A stretch of DNA of 64,000 nt from a phage, in sequence record PZ386953.1; one strand, written 5' to 3'. The position numbers and the translations under genes were made by a program. Positions 10,823 through 19,659 of this stretch are shown piece after piece (position 1 is the stretch's first letter; each line of letters opens with the position of its first letter). Under the pieces are notes generated by a model, which did not search any database, was not told the origin of the DNA, and was given only the letters and a program-made list of their open reading frames with translations.

Positions 10823-11203
10823 TTATGACACTTTGACATAGCGCTCTGACAAAGCTGGGAAGCCAAAAGTAGTGCCGATACTACCATAGGCTATCCACCA
10901 TTGGAGTTCATCGTGACACCATTTTCCGATCAGGAAGGTGCTGGGATAGCGGGTCAGTATTTTGGCATAAGCTTTAGGATCTACATCTTCTGGGATAATG
11001 ATGCTTGGAATATCTTTGTTATGACCACAGCAGCAGTTTAGCGTTTTCAAACCTGCTGCCCACAAACTCATGATAGGCTTAGCCATACACTTATCAAGGC
11101 ACACACGTTTTTTGCCGTCACGAAGATTTTTAGGCACATCAACGATAACATTTGGATGCTTGGCACCTTTCACTTTCCAATTATAGGATTTACACTTGCA
11201 CAT
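10823..11203 (-). CDS. Cys-rich hypothetical protein
   Basis: 126 aa, CKCKS and NCCCGHNK clusters. Confidence 0.4.
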   Translation of the reverse strand: MCKCKSYNWKVKGAKHPNVIVDVPKNLRDGKKRVCLDKCMAKPIMSLWAAGLKTLNCCCGHNKDIPSIIIPEDVDPKAYAKILTRYPSTFLIGKWCHDELQWWIAYGSIGTTFGFPALSERYVKVS

Positions 11204-11429
11204 TTAATCAGTCTCCGTCTAGAAAGCCGCACTATACGTTTTTGAGGTATACTTTACTTAAAGTCTTTATCACCTGCCACGATTGCATGAATCCACTCAT
11301 TGTGATGCTCAATAGCGGTGAGATGTAACATGATGTAGTGATCGTCATTGCCAAACATGATATGATAGGCTTTGGCAGCATTTTGATATAACTTCCACAT
11401 CAGGTAATGATATCTTCGCCTCATGGCTC

Positions 11430-11900
11430 TTACTCCGGTTCAGGATCTGGGTAATCTTCAATAATAAAGGGCCATCCGTTCCGCTTAGCCTCAGACTTAT
11501 ACTCAATCTCCTTCATTGCAAACTCTAACTGATTCTTAGCCGGAATACATGCCGGAGAATCATCAATCCAGATATCTGGGTAGATATCAAACTGCGCCAG
11601 GTAGGCTGCCTTCTGAACACCACCTGTGTAGAACACACCAACATCGAGCTCCTTGCGCCAATACTCAATGTCTACATTGTCTTGAGTAATGAATCGGAAA
11701 GTCACAAGGTAGACTGTCCACCCCTCCTTCTTCAGATCCCTGATCAGGCTGGAGAAGATGAAAGGGCTCGCATTAAACGTTCCATCAAAGTCGATGGCAA
11801 TGATGTGCGTGCCGTGGCGAGTCTCATATGGATTGCTCGTGGTAAGATTGCTGTAATTAAAAGGGACTTCTTCCCCGCAGTAGCTGTAGTCCATATTCAC
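11430..11900 (-). CDS. HAD-superfamily phosphatase (possible nucleotidase)
   Basis: HAD motif I hhhhDxDGT present as IIAIDFDGT near N-terminus. Confidence 0.5.
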   Translation of the reverse strand: MNMDYSYCGEEVPFNYSNLTTSNPYETRHGTHIIAIDFDGTFNASPFIFSSLIRDLKKEGWTVYLVTFRFITQDNVDIEYWRKELDVGVFYTGGVQKAAYLAQFDIYPDIWIDDSPACIPAKNQLEFAMKEIEYKSEAKRNGWPFIIEDYPDPEPE

Positions 11901-12172
11901 ACCTTCTCGTTGATAAATTTACGGGCGGTTTGGTGAGTTGTTTCTGCTGTCTTCAGAATGATATTAATTTTATCGTCAAGATCATTCATCTCGGCAGTTA
12001 ATTCAGGAATCTCTCCGGCATGCATGGTGAAATCATACATAGACATGCCCAAGATCTCATTGATGCGGCGGTTGCATTCTGCAGCACGCTGGTTCATTTT
12101 CCAAGCTAACACCAAAGCCTCCTGCGTAGCCTCTAGTGCAAAATCTAATACGTCGGCCTCTTCTTTCGTCAT
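11897..12172 (-). CDS. hypothetical protein
   Basis: 91-aa ORF, stop-start overlap with neighbour. Confidence 0.4.
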   Translation of the reverse strand: MTKEEADVLDFALEATQEALVLAWKMNQRAAECNRRINEILGMSMYDFTMHAGEIPELTAEMNDLDDKINIILKTAETTHQTARKFINEKV

Positions 12173-12229
12173 CTTAGTCTCTCCTGTTGTATTGTTGGTA
12201 GGTGTATGAATACCTTATAACTCACCTTT

Positions 12230-12796
12230 TTATTCAAACTGCAATAGTAAGTCCACCACCGCGCTAGGTCTGTCAACAAATTCCCCAGGTCCACATGCCC
12301 ACAGAGGGTATCCGTCTACATACCGCCAAATCCAACCTGCAGTGTGGAGTTCGAGCAGGGCAGTACCGTCCTTACTGTCAACCACTCTTTCCCACAGTGT
12401 CGGGCAGCGAAGCTTGAGGATCGGATCCCCTCCCTTATACCCATCCATGTAGATACCCATTGCAAAGTTCAGCATCATCTTTTTGTGCACTGATCTTTTA
12501 CTGAGGGTACTCATCACTTCCTCTTTGTGAATGTTTGTAAGCTTCTCCTTGGCTACCCGCAGATCGTTGCAACCATTGTTCAGCAGATCTTCCAGACACT
12601 TGATCCGAAGGTCGTGAATGTCTTTGTCGTGTACCGTTGGCACAGGGTCGTAGCGGTATAGCACTGTTGATACAAGGTTGCTCGGGTGTGGGTCTGACAG
12701 CAACCCATAACCCCAATACTCTTCTGTATCTGAAAGGACAAGACACCCAATGTCTCTGTCAAGCTTTCCTGTGTTGTAAGCCACATTGACCGCCAT
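12230..12796 (-). CDS. hypothetical protein
   Basis: 188-aa ORF. Confidence 0.45.
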   Translation of the reverse strand: MAVNVAYNTGKLDRDIGCLVLSDTEEYWGYGLLSDPHPSNLVSTVLYRYDPVPTVHDKDIHDLRIKCLEDLLNNGCNDLRVAKEKLTNIHKEEVMSTLSKRSVHKKMMLNFAMGIYMDGYKGGDPILKLRCPTLWERVVDSKDGTALLELHTAGWIWRYVDGYPLWACGPGEFVDRPSAVVDLLLQFE

Positions 12797-12798
12797 GA

Positions 12799-13044
12799 CT
12801 ATAGCTCCACTAGCAAAGTGCTTTCAAAGTGCCGTTCATGCAAACCGTTGTAAGGGACCACTTCTACAACGCCATCACGGACATATGGGGCCATCATGGT
12901 GGTATAATCTCCAAACGGGTTGGTATTGTCACTAACCACAACCACCTTCTGCCCTTCCTTGGCAGAGTGCCAAATAGATCTGCACTTCATCAGGTGTTCG
13001 AGAGCTCCAGGTAAAATTTTGTTACGTTCTTTACGGGTCTTCAT
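12799..13044 (-). CDS. hypothetical protein
   Basis: 81-aa ORF tightly packed with neighbours. Confidence 0.4.
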   Translation of the reverse strand: MKTRKERNKILPGALEHLMKCRSIWHSAKEGQKVVVVSDNTNPFGDYTTMMAPYVRDGVVEVVPYNGLHERHFESTLLVEL

Positions 13045-13490
13045 AGCAGGTATAGCTCCTTATGAAAGTGATCTTTTAATTTCTCACTGAGAAACCTCTT
13101 GATACCTTCCTCTAAAGTGTTTTCGATGTAGTCCAGCTTAACTGCTTCGATGGACATATCATAGATTGCCAGCTCTAAGCTGTCAAGTCCCATCATAGCA
13201 TGAACCATAAGATTTTCATCTTCAGATACATTCAGGGGACTTCCTATAACATCTGGAGGCAGAATAGTTTCCCAATTATTCTGGGTGGTAGTTCTCCCGC
13301 CATCTACTTTACGGCGCAGTTCGAATGTGTTCTTAGTGTAGAACACTTCATAAGAAACGATACGACTGTCACTCTCATAATAAACGAAGTTCAGGTAGGA
13401 GCCTAGCCGCAGTCGGCAAACTTCCACCCCAAACCATTGTTTCTTATAAGAATTCAGGCTAATGCTGTCGCATTCACGTTTGCTCAACAC
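13041..13490 (-). CDS. hypothetical protein
   Basis: 149-aa ORF. Confidence 0.45.
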   Translation of the reverse strand: MLSKRECDSISLNSYKKQWFGVEVCRLRLGSYLNFVYYESDSRIVSYEVFYTKNTFELRRKVDGGRTTTQNNWETILPPDVIGSPLNVSEDENLMVHAMMGLDSLELAIYDMSIEAVKLDYIENTLEEGIKRFLSEKLKDHFHKELYLL

Positions 13491-13506
13491 GGCTATCTCC
13501 TTTTTG

Positions 13507-13740
13507 TTAATCTTCGTAAATCAGGATTTCTGCTTTAGGTTTTCGTGCTTTCAGGTCCAGCTCTATCCAGTGCACCATAGCTGTTTCAAGAAAAACAGCT
13601 TGGATGCATCCGTCCTCAGCGTGCCCCACCAACATAACGAGATCTTCACCTTCGTCATCTGCATCACGAACATAAAGAATCTCTCCAGATTCGAAGTCTT
13701 TCACAACCTGATTGCTAGATAATTTTCTAATTTTTGCCAT
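13507..13740 (-). CDS. small protein, possible divergent member of the adjacent tandem paralog array
   Basis: 77 aa, acidic; abuts the three 87-aa paralogs. Confidence 0.4.
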   Translation of the reverse strand: MAKIRKLSSNQVVKDFESGEILYVRDADDEGEDLVMLVGHAEDGCIQAVFLETAMVHWIELDLKARKPKAEILIYED

Positions 13741-13741
13741 A

Positions 13742-14005
13742 TCAGAAACCCTCTAAAAAGCTCTTGTAGAAAACAATCTCAGTATCCACACCAGTCACAA
13801 TCTTGTCGTTCCTGATTTCATCGGTAAGATAGGTGTCAAAACGCAGAACCTGTGTGGTGTTGTCACACATCCACTCAGCTGTGACCATTGCGAAAATCTT
13901 AGCATCTTCATTATCTGGTGTGAATGTTACCACCTCACCGCACTTAAACTTTTCGATAGGCTGAGTGTTAGCTTTCGGTTCTGCGATAGTGATTTTTGTG
14001 GTCAT
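13742..14005 (-). CDS. tandem paralog 1 (87 aa)
   Basis: Same length and shared motifs with the next two genes (CGEVVTF / CGTVVSC / APGTVVMF; all start MTT/MAT). Confidence 0.5.
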   Translation of the reverse strand: MTTKITIAEPKANTQPIEKFKCGEVVTFTPDNEDAKIFAMVTAEWMCDNTTQVLRFDTYLTDEIRNDKIVTGVDTEIVFYKSFLEGF

Positions 14006-14268
14006 TATTCTCCTCCTTCTTTTGAATAGCTTGTCTCTCCAAGGATGGTAATTTTGGTGTCAAGCTCTGTAACTTTCATGTTTGGCGGCAGATCGTACAA
14101 CTCATTATTTTCTAAATCGAACCCCCACACACAATGTTCTCCTGTTTTGACAATCATAACTATGTTTTGAATGCCGTCTCCGTCGCAACTTACCACGGTC
14201 CCACACGGAAAACTGTCTGCACGCTTTTTGTTCTTCACCTTAGAATTGAATACAATGCTGGTAGCCAT
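14005..14268 (-). CDS. tandem paralog 2 (87 aa)
   Basis: See paralog 1; ATGA start-stop overlaps. Confidence 0.5.
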   Translation of the reverse strand: MATSIVFNSKVKNKKRADSFPCGTVVSCDGDGIQNIVMIVKTGEHCVWGFDLENNELYDLPPNMKVTELDTKITILGETSYSKEGGE

Positions 14269-14531
14269 TATTGTTCCTCCACCATAACTTCGCCAAGAAT
14301 TTCTATGCAGGCATCCATTTCTGTAACAACCAAACTGTGAGGCAGTTCTACAAACACCTTTCTGAACAGGTCAAATACCCCAACATATATGTTTGCAGGA
14401 TGTGATTTTACAACAAGTGCTGTATTCACATCCCCAAGTTCATCAACAAACATCACCACAGTGCCTGGAGCTACTGAGGACAGATACTTCTTAGTTTTAC
14501 GGTTTGATGCAAATTTTAACTCTGTTGCCAT
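14268..14531 (-). CDS. tandem paralog 3 (87 aa)
   Basis: See paralog 1. Confidence 0.5.
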   Translation of the reverse strand: MATELKFASNRKTKKYLSSVAPGTVVMFVDELGDVNTALVVKSHPANIYVGVFDLFRKVFVELPHSLVVTEMDACIEILGEVMVEEQ

Positions 14532-14546
14532 AAATAACCTCCTCTC

Positions 14547-16028
14547 TTACTTAGCGTACTCGATTAATTCCACAGTTTTCCCAAAGCTCGGGATATAATT
14601 TTTATTATACCCCTCAGTGAGGACCCATAGAGTATCGTACTTTTTCCACTTGTTGTCAACAACCTTTTGTTCAAAGTTATGCTCAAAGTATAGGTCGGTC
14701 AGGACGATGACATCTTTTGCATTAGGTATGTTGGCATCCAGATACTCGAACACGCAAGCAGCTGTTGTGCCCCATGTTGAGTGGACCTCATAGTTGACCA
14801 TCTCGTCTATGTTGCCGCGAGTGTATACTTTAACCTCTCCAACCTCAGTTGACCAACAGAACATTGTAACCTTAAACTCTTTATACAGATTGCACAATCC
14901 GGTGATTTCATTGAACATTTTCTTTAAAGTTCTTTGAGAGATCGAGCCAGAAACGTCTAAAGCCACCACAATATCTATAGTGTTTTCCGGATTACGACCA
15001 GGAACAATAACGTGCTGGTTCTTGTTTATAGCCCCAACTTTTCGCATTGTGCTGGTCAAAGACCCAGATCGGCGACCAGGTTTTCTGTAGGTCAGTTCGG
15101 CCTTTCTTTTAGACAACATACGTTGCTTAATGATGTCTATATAGTTGATTACAGGCTTACCTCTGTTCTTGACAAACTCACGCACCGCCTCAGGGCAACG
15201 GCCTCCGGACGCTTGCATTGCTGCCTCCAGCATATCACCAGAGTCCTGCATGGCCTGATCTTTATCAGATTGGCTGATTACAGGTTGTGGCTGATCATAC
15301 CCCATAGCCTTTCCAAGATTATCACTGGTGCCACCGTTCCCACTCATGTGATCATCGGTTTGTCGCTTATCACTTTGAGAGTTCTCACCTTTACCGTTCT
15401 TACTTTTACCGTTATTCTGATCTCTTTGCTTATCAAGAACTGCATAAACGTTCTCAGCAATCCATCCATGAAACTTCATGTCGCAGTAGCAGCTGGCTAA
15501 GAAGCCAAAAGGCTTACCTTTCATGAACGTAGTGCTTTTCCCCTTCGGGAAGAAAACACAAGGAGGTTTGCTAAAGTCAACCACAAGGCCTGTGTTGATA
15601 ACGTGATCACAAGCAATATTGAACAGTTCCGGCTCAAAGCTTTTACCACGGACTAGGTGATCACAGATAATATGCCCCACCTCATGTGACAGAAGGAAGG
15701 CCACCTCTTTCACAGATTTTGGGGAATAGAAAACTTCAGCCATCTCAAACTGCTCGTCAGTTAGAGAAGCCTTAAGAATAGCCTTGCGTTCATCAGCCAA
15801 TCCCATAATGAACTCAGGACTGTAATAGATGCGTTTATGGTCGGTTGCCATGGTGGAGCACCATGTGTGGTTTTCTACGAACTGCAACCCTGACAGTAGT
15901 GTGCCATAAAACGGCAACTTTTCAAGGAGATACATACGTGCAGCCTGCAACATTCTCAGGGCATCATCTTTCTGCGAGGCAATGATTTCTGAACTTCTGC
16001 TATCCATTAAAACTCCAGGAGGGGCCAT
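14547..16028 (-). CDS. HExxH metallopeptidase-like + von Willebrand factor A (VWA) domain protein
   Basis: LLSHEVGHIICDH (HExxH) in N-terminal half; VWA MIDAS motif DxSxS as VVALDVSGSIS in C-terminal half; domain pairing typical of MoxR-associated VWA proteins. Confidence 0.65.
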   Translation of the reverse strand: MAPPGVLMDSRSSEIIASQKDDALRMLQAARMYLLEKLPFYGTLLSGLQFVENHTWCSTMATDHKRIYYSPEFIMGLADERKAILKASLTDEQFEMAEVFYSPKSVKEVAFLLSHEVGHIICDHLVRGKSFEPELFNIACDHVINTGLVVDFSKPPCVFFPKGKSTTFMKGKPFGFLASCYCDMKFHGWIAENVYAVLDKQRDQNNGKSKNGKGENSQSDKRQTDDHMSGNGGTSDNLGKAMGYDQPQPVISQSDKDQAMQDSGDMLEAAMQASGGRCPEAVREFVKNRGKPVINYIDIIKQRMLSKRKAELTYRKPGRRSGSLTSTMRKVGAINKNQHVIVPGRNPENTIDIVVALDVSGSISQRTLKKMFNEITGLCNLYKEFKVTMFCWSTEVGEVKVYTRGNIDEMVNYEVHSTWGTTAACVFEYLDANIPNAKDVIVLTDLYFEHNFEQKVVDNKWKKYDTLWVLTEGYNKNYIPSFGKTVELIEYAK

Positions 16029-16040
16029 TGGCCCCTGTCA

Positions 16041-17081
16041 TTATTTAACGTGTTTGAAAATACCTGCCAACTCGGTCATTGTCATGCGGGTGGTCTTCAT
16101 AAGATCTGTCATAGCTTTCTCCATAATTGGAGATACTACCATAAAGTTTCCTTTAGTGAAACCTTTATTCCAGTCGGTCACCAACAGGGGTTTAAGTCCA
16201 GCTCCAAGACGTTCACCAGTTAAAGCACAGCATTTGCGAATATACGAACTCTTAAATTGGCTGAACGACAGATCAACTTTCATACCTACATCGTAGAACG
16301 TTTGACAATAGAAAGTGTAAGCTTTGGCAATCTCAACATCATCAGGTAGTGCAGGAACCTCTTCTGTAAGCCCCTCTTCGACCTCCTGAGTCTCTTTTTC
16401 CTCTTCATGCACCTGTTGCGTCATTTCTTCAATCTCTTCTGTGATAGGCTCGTTTACAATGTCGGAAATGTGCTTCTTGGGTGCACGATAAGTAACTTTA
16501 GACATCGGTAGCATATCTTCCTCCTCTTCTTCGTCAAAGAGTGCTAGTTTATCCTCTTCCGTTCCATATTGCAAGATGAAATCTTCAAAAGTATAATCAC
16601 CTTTCAATTTCTCCATACGCTCTTCGCTCAGGTGGAGCATCATCTGCTGGACAATTTTTCGATCAGTTTCGTCTTTAATCAAGACTGCAGTCTTTTTATC
16701 TACCAGACAGTCCTTTAGAGAGTTGCATCTCAATCCCACCACACAACAGTTATCAACCGCATAAGGACCTTCATCATCTATCCGCTCCAGGGATGGGTAG
16801 AAAGGATTCCCCAGCCCGTTTTCATCTGTGTGCATGTCAAAAGGTATAAGGGTATAGTCGCATACTCCATCTCCTAAAAGTTTTTTACCAAATAGGAGGT
16901 ATTCTTCCCATGACAGGTCGAACTCTATATCTCGTTTCCGTGCGTTATTCTGTTTGCGTCTATATTTTTTGAGCAAGCGCTCTAACTCTTCTGGTGTATA
17001 ATATTTTTCAAGATTCATGAGTCGTCTCTCGTGCTCTGTAAGTGAAGAAATCGTATCAATTGTCTCAACAGATGTCAACAT
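16041..17081 (-). CDS. acidic hypothetical protein (possible degenerate HNH-like region; internal SD+ATG)
   Basis: 347-codon ORF from TTG at 17084, ATG one codon later; poly-acidic stretches; internal GAGGAGG+ATG at the MSKVTYRA motif. Confidence 0.45.
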   Translation of the reverse strand: MLTSVETIDTISSLTEHERRLMNLEKYYTPEELERLLKKYRRKQNNARKRDIEFDLSWEEYLLFGKKLLGDGVCDYTLIPFDMHTDENGLGNPFYPSLERIDDEGPYAVDNCCVVGLRCNSLKDCLVDKKTAVLIKDETDRKIVQQMMLHLSEERMEKLKGDYTFEDFILQYGTEEDKLALFDEEEEEDMLPMSKVTYRAPKKHISDIVNEPITEEIEEMTQQVHEEEKETQEVEEGLTEEVPALPDDVEIAKAYTFYCQTFYDVGMKVDLSFSQFKSSYIRKCCALTGERLGAGLKPLLVTDWNKGFTKGNFMVVSPIMEKAMTDLMKTTRMTMTELAGIFKHVK

Positions 17082-17091
17082 CAAAAACGTG

Positions 17092-17120
17092 TTGACTTTA
17101 CTCTAACTCCACAATATAGT
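17092..17120 (+). promoter_or_regulatory. sigma70-like promoter in divergent intergenic region
   Basis: TTGACT - 17 bp - TATAGT about 40 bp upstream of gene at 17161. Confidence 0.5.
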
Positions 17121-17160
17121 GCACCCATTCGAAAGAAAACTAACATAGGAGCACTTACTT

Positions 17161-18060
17161 ATGGCAAATCTTAACAGTTTTAGTACGCGGTGGAAACAGG
17201 ACATAACAACCAATCTTTCAGCTGGGGACATCCTTTCTGCAATTTACGAGGCTTTAGATGATAAAGCTACTTCAAAAGCGGTTTGTACCAACCCATTAAT
17301 TCCTATAGTGATGAAGGTTATTGAGCGTAGATTGGTATCTGGGTCTGATAAGTGGACATATTTAGATAATGAAGGACACACCTATTCCAATGGGTATGTC
17401 GATATAAAAGTAGAATACGCGGTATCATACCGCCGGAGCGGTTCTGTAACTTTCAACTTCTCTGGAGGTTTTCGATCTCTGGCTACCTCACCTTTTGTTT
17501 CCTCGGAGGAGAAGTATGAGCTGCCATTTCTTTGGATGATGGCTAACGCGACAGGAAAAACCCCCGTTAGCATCCGAGTAAAATACAACTACAACGGATC
17601 TAGTAAGATCTATGCCGAAAGTGTCTCAGCAAGTTTTTATTTTGTGATGGGGGATGGAATCCTCAAACATATAAAGATGTGCGATATGCATGATGTTATA
17701 AATGAAGTGACTGATAAGAATGTTCTAGTGAAAGACCTCAACAATTTTTATACACCTGGAGACTATTACGTCAGCCGTCCACTGTGCATCTTTAATGCCG
17801 CACACCCTCTAGGTGAGTATTTGATCGCCAATAGCGATATTGCCAATAACCGCTTCGAGGTAGCAAGAGTTCAGAATGAGGTATTGACATCTTGCAAGAG
17901 CGGTGATAAGTTTACCGAAGAAGAGATGGGTGTTTTAGAAATGATGGGATATAAGTGTAGCCTTTGGGTAGATGAGGTGTTTAATGATTGCATCTATGGA
18001 CAGGATATTTACCCATTAAAGAAGTATACTGATACAAGTTTAATTTATGCGAGGGTTTGA
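17161..18060 (+). CDS. hypothetical protein
   Basis: 299-aa ORF with AGGAG SD. Confidence 0.5.
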   Translation: MANLNSFSTRWKQDITTNLSAGDILSAIYEALDDKATSKAVCTNPLIPIVMKVIERRLVSGSDKWTYLDNEGHTYSNGYVDIKVEYAVSYRRSGSVTFNFSGGFRSLATSPFVSSEEKYELPFLWMMANATGKTPVSIRVKYNYNGSSKIYAESVSASFYFVMGDGILKHIKMCDMHDVINEVTDKNVLVKDLNNFYTPGDYYVSRPLCIFNAAHPLGEYLIANSDIANNRFEVARVQNEVLTSCKSGDKFTEEEMGVLEMMGYKCSLWVDEVFNDCIYGQDIYPLKKYTDTSLIYARV

Positions 18061-18335
18061 CTATGATGAAGGCATGTGGTAATGTATATTACGTCGGTGA
18101 ACATGTTCAGGCAGACAGTGTGTGGAAATCTATTAAGTCCACCACTGACGATGCCTTTCTGAGTGGACTATGTTTCCCCAATCCGGGAGACATCCTCCCT
18201 CATCCTGGAGATTTTGTTGTCAACAAGATGGACGGTTATACCGTGTGCCTGATGGTTGAAAAAATCTTTTTAGACACTAGACACAATCACCGTCTTGTGT
18301 TAAAATTTCAAGAATGTAAAATGACAATTGCCTAA
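18057..18335 (+). CDS. hypothetical protein
   Basis: 92-aa ORF, ATGA overlap with upstream gene. Confidence 0.4.
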   Translation: MTMMKACGNVYYVGEHVQADSVWKSIKSTTDDAFLSGLCFPNPGDILPHPGDFVVNKMDGYTVCLMVEKIFLDTRHNHRLVLKFQECKMTIA

Positions 18336-18348
18336 GGAGACCTTACCG

Positions 18349-18705
18349 ATGTCTAAAGTTACTTATCGTGCAGCTATTTACTGCAATGAACACCCAATCA
18401 ATAATGATGGTCACTGCCTTTTTAAAGAAAATCAATTGGGCTGTATTGTCCTCCCCGATGAAGGGGAAGGTTATCTGATTGCATTGACAGGGTTTGAACC
18501 TGAGGCTCTGGAAGCCAATCTGGACTACCTGGTAGAAGAGGGTGCTGCAGACCTGGTTGCCAATGGCCTCTCCATAAGCCTTGACGAAGTAGAGCGCTTC
18601 ATGGGCAATTACCGTGTAGTGCGTGAGTTTACTATCGAGGTGGAAACTCCCGAGTGGGGTAGCCATGAAACTAATGCCGAAGAAAAAGAAGAGGAGGTAG
18701 AATAA
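18349..18705 (+). CDS. acidic hypothetical protein
   Basis: AAGGAGA SD 8 nt before ATG at 18349; first 8 codons MSKVTYRA lie in the 29-bp inverted repeat shared with gene 16041-17081. Confidence 0.5.
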   Translation: MSKVTYRAAIYCNEHPINNDGHCLFKENQLGCIVLPDEGEGYLIALTGFEPEALEANLDYLVEEGAADLVANGLSISLDEVERFMGNYRVVREFTIEVETPEWGSHETNAEEKEEEVE

Positions 18706-18962
18706 TGAAAGTGCAGATCTTGACTAATGCTGAGAAGATGTTTATTGAAGATACACCTTTTGAAGCTGGTGAGCTACAGTTCGTTTATTTTGTTGACTTA
18801 GATAAGGTGTTTCCTGCACTGAATCTAGGTTTGGATGAAGTTCCTCATAAGGTTTTGTGCCGAGTTGTTCGTGCCTTAGCGGCAGAGGGGGAGTTCCACA
18901 CCCTTCAAGATGTCCAGACCTACGGGTATCTTGAACTACAACGAGAAGAAGAGGTGGACTGA
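18705..18962 (+). CDS. hypothetical protein
   Basis: 85-aa ORF, SD GAGGAGG, start overlaps upstream stop. Confidence 0.45.
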   Translation: MKVQILTNAEKMFIEDTPFEAGELQFVYFVDLDKVFPALNLGLDEVPHKVLCRVVRALAAEGEFHTLQDVQTYGYLELQREEEVD

Positions 18963-18964
18963 TA

Positions 18965-19345
18965 ATGGCTCAGTGGAAGACAACAGTTGACCTTCATGAT
19001 CAGTGGTTAGGACGCATCACTGAAGACGGGAAGCTAGTGGAGTGGGACAATAAGCATGTTAGCGAGTTGGCAAGTATTGTGGCTGGCAAGTTACGCTCCA
19101 AGTTCCCTGAACAACTGGATCCTGATAGTTCAAAGTTCGATCCTGAGTTAGAGGATGTTGTATACTACTTCGACACCGTTGATGACTACGACGCGTGGTT
19201 TGCAGCACGGGAGCTTTACCCACAAGGCTCTGCTATGCGCCAGATGGAAGAAGATTATCCTCCGTGTGAGCAATTCAATAGTGCAATGACTTGCCTCTAT
19301 GATTGGGCAGATAAGAACCTTGTCTGGATTCGGACTGCATTTTAG
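18965..19345 (+). CDS. hypothetical protein
   Basis: 126-aa ORF. Confidence 0.45.
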   Translation: MAQWKTTVDLHDQWLGRITEDGKLVEWDNKHVSELASIVAGKLRSKFPEQLDPDSSKFDPELEDVVYYFDTVDDYDAWFAARELYPQGSAMRQMEEDYPPCEQFNSAMTCLYDWADKNLVWIRTAF

Positions 19346-19389
19346 TGGGCAGGAATGGCGGCAAGGATGCTGCTTAAGGAGTAGTAGAG

Positions 19390-19659
19390 ATGTTATACCA
19401 GCAATATGAACTTCGTGCAGAAAAAGAGTTAAATTTTGACAAAGATATTCACAGATATTATTATGGGAAAGTTAGAGGGCAAGCAAGAAAGTGTACTCCA
19501 ACACTCTTTTATGCCAGCAGACGACTAGCGCCAGAAGAGGCAACAGCAGAAAGGGTTGCGTACAACTGGAGAGTCACGTATGATATTGACAGATTCGATG
19601 TGATATCTGTTTTGGAAAACTTTGAAAACACTTACACACAAGTAGAGGACTTTTACTAA
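19390..19659 (+). CDS. hypothetical protein
   Basis: 89-aa ORF with AAGGAG SD. Confidence 0.45.
   Translation: MLYQQYELRAEKELNFDKDIHRYYYGKVRGQARKCTPTLFYASRRLAPEEATAERVAYNWRVTYDIDRFDVISVLENFENTYTQVEDFY

Noticed and set aside
16041-17081. HNH endonuclease call for the acidic 347-aa protein
   Set aside because: Only a loose ERID ... N..V ... N..K pattern; the catalytic His-Asn-His arrangement could not be confirmed, so it is kept as hypothetical
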